A stretch of DNA of 64,000 nucleotides from Mobula hypostoma (lineage: Eukaryota): contig NC_086108.1 of the NCBI RefSeq assembly GCF_963921235.1, positions 33,110,001 through 33,174,000 on the forward strand. The letters are read 5' to 3'. Made by a program: the position numbers and the translations under genes. Under the pieces are notes generated by a model, which was given only the letters and a program-made list of their open reading frames with translations, searched no databases and was not told the DNA's origin. Positions 60,701 to 64,000 of the stretch are shown piece by piece (position 1 is the first letter of the stretch; every line of letters starts with the position of its first letter).

Positions 60701-61157
60701 ATTTACAAGGATGTTGCCTAGATTGGGGAGCATGCCTTATGAGAATAGGTTGAGTGAACACGGTCTTTTTTCCTTGGAGCGCTGGAGGATGAGAGTGACC
60801 TGATAGAGGTGTATAAGATGACGAGAAACATTGCTCATGTCAGAGGCTTTTTCCCAGGGCTGAAATGGCTAACATGAGAGGACACAGTTTTAAGGTGCTT
60901 GGAAGTAGGTACAGAGGAGATGTCAGGGGTAAATTTTTTATGCAGAGAGTGGTGAGTACATGGAATGAGCTGCTGGTGAGGGTCGTGGAGGCTGATACGG
61001 TAGGGTCTTTTAAGAGGCTCCTGGACAGGTACATGGAGCTCAGAAAAATAAAGGACCATGGGTAACCCTAGGTAATTTCTAAGGTAAGGATGAGGTTGGC
61101 ACAGTTTTGTGGGCCGAAGGGCCTGTATTGTGCTGTAGGTTTTCTATGTTTCTATGT
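57786..61157 (+). mobile_element. CR1 LINE, 5'-truncated, same family as 4991-7570, interrupted by a solo LTR
   Basis: MWQMFRGYLRGVLH...; SQHGFVKGR...YMDFSKA; tail ttctatgtttctatg. Confidence 0.95.
58138..59442 (+). mobile_element. 1.3-kb solo LTR (sushi-like) with internal tandem repeats
   Basis: TG...CA termini with a 5-bp TSD GTGTG; ttgggtcca near the 3' end, as in the 11534-11854 LTR; a block of about 80 bp duplicated near 58594 and 58914. Confidence 0.88.
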
Positions 61158-61660
61158 ATAAAACGTTGGTTAGGCCATTTTTGAGTTATTGTGTACAGTT
61201 CTAGACACTGCATTACTGGAATGACACGCAGTATTTGGAGTGGATGCAGAAGTTCACCGGGATGATGCCTAGTGATAAGGAGAGGGTGGACAGAATTATT
61301 TTTCTGGAGCATCAAAGGATGAGGGCAACCTGATAGAAGCATATAAAGTTCTGAGTGATGGGTAGATAGTCAAAGTCTTTTTCCAAGGGCGGGGGGCGGG
61401 GTGCGGAATGTCAAACTCTAGAGGGCATAGCTCTAAGATGAGAGGGGAAGGTTTAAAAGAGATTTATGAGACAAGTCTTTCCTCAGGGAGCTGTAGGAAC
61501 GCATTGCCAAGGAGATGGTGGAAGCAAATACAAAAACATCATTTAAGAGGCACTTGGGCAGGCAGGGAATGGAGCTGTATAGACAATGTGCGGGTATATT
61601 GGCATCATGGTTGGCAAAGGTATTATGAGGTAAAGGGTCCATTGCTTCCGCCATGCACAC
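61158..61660 (+). mobile_element. Old CR1 3' fragment
   Basis: gtataaaacgttggttaggcc...ctagagggcatagc. Confidence 0.7.
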
Positions 61661-61954
61661 AGTCCATAGGGGCACATCAGGAATAAAGAGCCTTATACTC
61701 CTCTCTGTGACTGTATCCCATCATCACAGAGGAAGTACTCTGGTGATTAGTGTAAGGGTGGGGAAGTCTAGGCAGTATGGACAGGGTTCTGCAGGGAGAG
61801 AAATGGTGGGGGTTCAGAGGTGAGATAAATTGGGATGGGGGAATTACCAGGGCAGAGGCAGCCCCGGACTCGGAGATGATCAGGCGGGCTTGATGACCGT
61901 GGCAGAGCTTTGTAGAGGGGTGGCCCCAAAGATCAATGAAAAGTTGAAGAAGAA

Positions 61955-62034
61955 CAGGGCTTCCCAACTTTTTTTATACCACAGACCAATACCATTAAGC
62001 AAGGGGTTTGTGAACCCCAGGATGGGAACTTCTA
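61955..62034. mobile_element. About 80-bp hAT MITE, same family as 54528-54607 in opposite orientation
   Basis: CAGGGCTTCCCAAC...GATGGGAACTTCT. Confidence 0.6.
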
Positions 62035-64000
62035 AAAGAAAATGGGCTTCCTGGCAATACCCCAATAAGGAACAATCCCTAGAACTAATGTTGAATGAAG
62101 GTATGGTTGTCCATTTAATGAGGCCTTTGTGAATAATGGAAATTTTCTCAAGTAATGCCAAAATGAAAATTGTAAATTATCTGATGTCACTCTATTTGCG
62201 AATCATTGAGAATCATTGGACCTGGTTCAGAATTTGATGAATGCACCATTGGCACACAAAGCACCTGATCAAATTTCTCAATTATATTTAAAAACATATG
62301 CAACAACATAAATATGGCATGATGCAATAACAATTCTAGGTCTGTATAATTCAGTACAATCAATCATTCTTTGACACTTCAAGACATGGATATTGTACAC
62401 GCTCCCCCTCATTAGGAAAACCTTACTTCAGGTATCAGAGTAGGAAATGCCCCTATGGCAAATGTATCTTCCCTGAAGCAAGAAAATCAAAATAGTATGC
62501 AGTGCTCCCAGATGTAAATTCACCAAAGCTATGTATAATCACAGCAAGCCTTCCTCAAACTTCTTCTCTTGAAGGGTTAACATACCATGAACCTTACTAA
62601 TTTCCTTCTCCTGCATGTTAACCTTCTGTGTATTGTGTCCAATAATACTCATATCCTTCTCATTTTAAACATTTATTCAGCTGTCAGTATCTGCAGAGCA
62701 GTGACTCATCTCAGTGAGTAGACTGGCAGATGTACAATCCCTCTACAGTGTTAGAAAATGTAAATAGGTTTGATGCTGGAAAAGGATTAAATATTTCAAT
62801 GTAGCATTTTTTTTCTTGTCTGCTGATGGGTTTTAACCATATGAATTACATGCACTGCACTTATGATTTTCTGGCATATAATAATGTTTCCTCAAATGAA
62901 ATTGCTTGTTAAGATGCAAGTTCCATCATAAGCCATGTAATTTCACAGCAGGTGTCTGATTTCAGTAAGTAACTGCACAAAAACTCCTAATTTTAACCAT
63001 TTCAAACTTAGTCCTAAAGTTGTGAACCTTCTTCTCAGATGGGTTGATCTACTTCAATTAATGATAAAAAAAATTCTACAGCCATGGCATCTTGCTGCTG
63101 CTTTTGATAGGTGATTTCACAGAAGTGATTTAGTGTGCTCTGATTTCCCTGCAAGACTTCTTTATTCAGTGTTTGGAAGGTTTCCAGATCAAGGTTTTAT
63201 GATATTGCTCGTCTGCTGGAACATATTCAGATAACAAACCCTATGCTTCAAAAACATTGTGAAATGCCTATAGTCATGTTGTTTTGCTGGAAGAGAATGA
63301 TAAACAGAATGGTGTCTTGCAGGAGAGGCAGAAATCAAAAACGGTTGCTATGTTAGTTGTTACTGTTTTATTTTAGTAATCTTTCTGATCTGATAATCTT
63401 ATGGCAAGAATATTTGCAAAGAATGCCTGCCTGACATAAACCAAGCAAACACCAAAGTGCATTGTTTTTCTAGGCCTGCAGTGATACCCTGAAGACTAGA
63501 TGCATTTTTCTCTTGAAAGTGCAATTTTAAAATGAACCGGCTTTGTAAGATTTTTCGCAGCAACATGCATGAAGAACTATTGTAAGATACAAATGAACAA
63601 CTTGGACTTAAGCAGGTCTTCAATGCTTTAGATCAGTAGATCCCAAACTTTTCTGGGTTTCTGCCCCCTTGGGTCCCAGACCACATCCTCAGTGCACCCC
63701 TCTCCCTTTCTGGCCATTATGTAAATACTATAAAGTAATTTGATTTATGATGCACGGAGAAAGAAAATAATAACTGCAAATTCAAAGCAGTGATAAATAA
63801 TTGCAAAAGTTATTCTAATCTATTTAAAGCTATAAAAATATTTATTTATTTAATTACAAAAAAAAACTATTTTCATCAACAATTTTAGTGTGTAGGTTTG
63901 TAGTCCAGCTATTCACTACTTCATTGCTTTTTCACTTTTCAGTGAGATGAACTGGCCTGGTGCAGTGATTTCAGCTTCTCAATATTCGGCTGAATGTCAC

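Overview
This 64 kb window is repeat-dominated vertebrate DNA. The repeat complement (HE1/V-SINE-like tRNA SINEs, CR1 and Rex1/Babar LINEs, Penelope-like elements) suggests a cartilaginous fish, probably a ray or skate; that is an inference. I found no host protein-coding exon I can support, and every recognisable ORF comes from a transposable element. Contents: several CR1 LINE copies; Rex1/Babar LINEs, one full-length and carrying three nested insertions; Rex1-ended non-autonomous elements; a young, nearly intact Nimb/I-group LINE (APE-RT-RNase H-CCHC); a sushi/Tf1-type Gypsy element with a self-priming signature; a Mag-type Gypsy relic; an ERV-like relic with a tRNA-Ser-like PBS; five solo LTRs with intact TSDs; Penelope fragments carrying minimal hammerhead-ribozyme motifs; and hAT, Tc1 and pogo/Tigger MITEs. 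The most notable features are the retroelement RNA signals (hammerheads, self-priming LTR, Nimb 3' stem-loop) and the nested insertions. I see no strong evidence for a wholly new biological system. Boundaries of old, decayed repeats are approximate.
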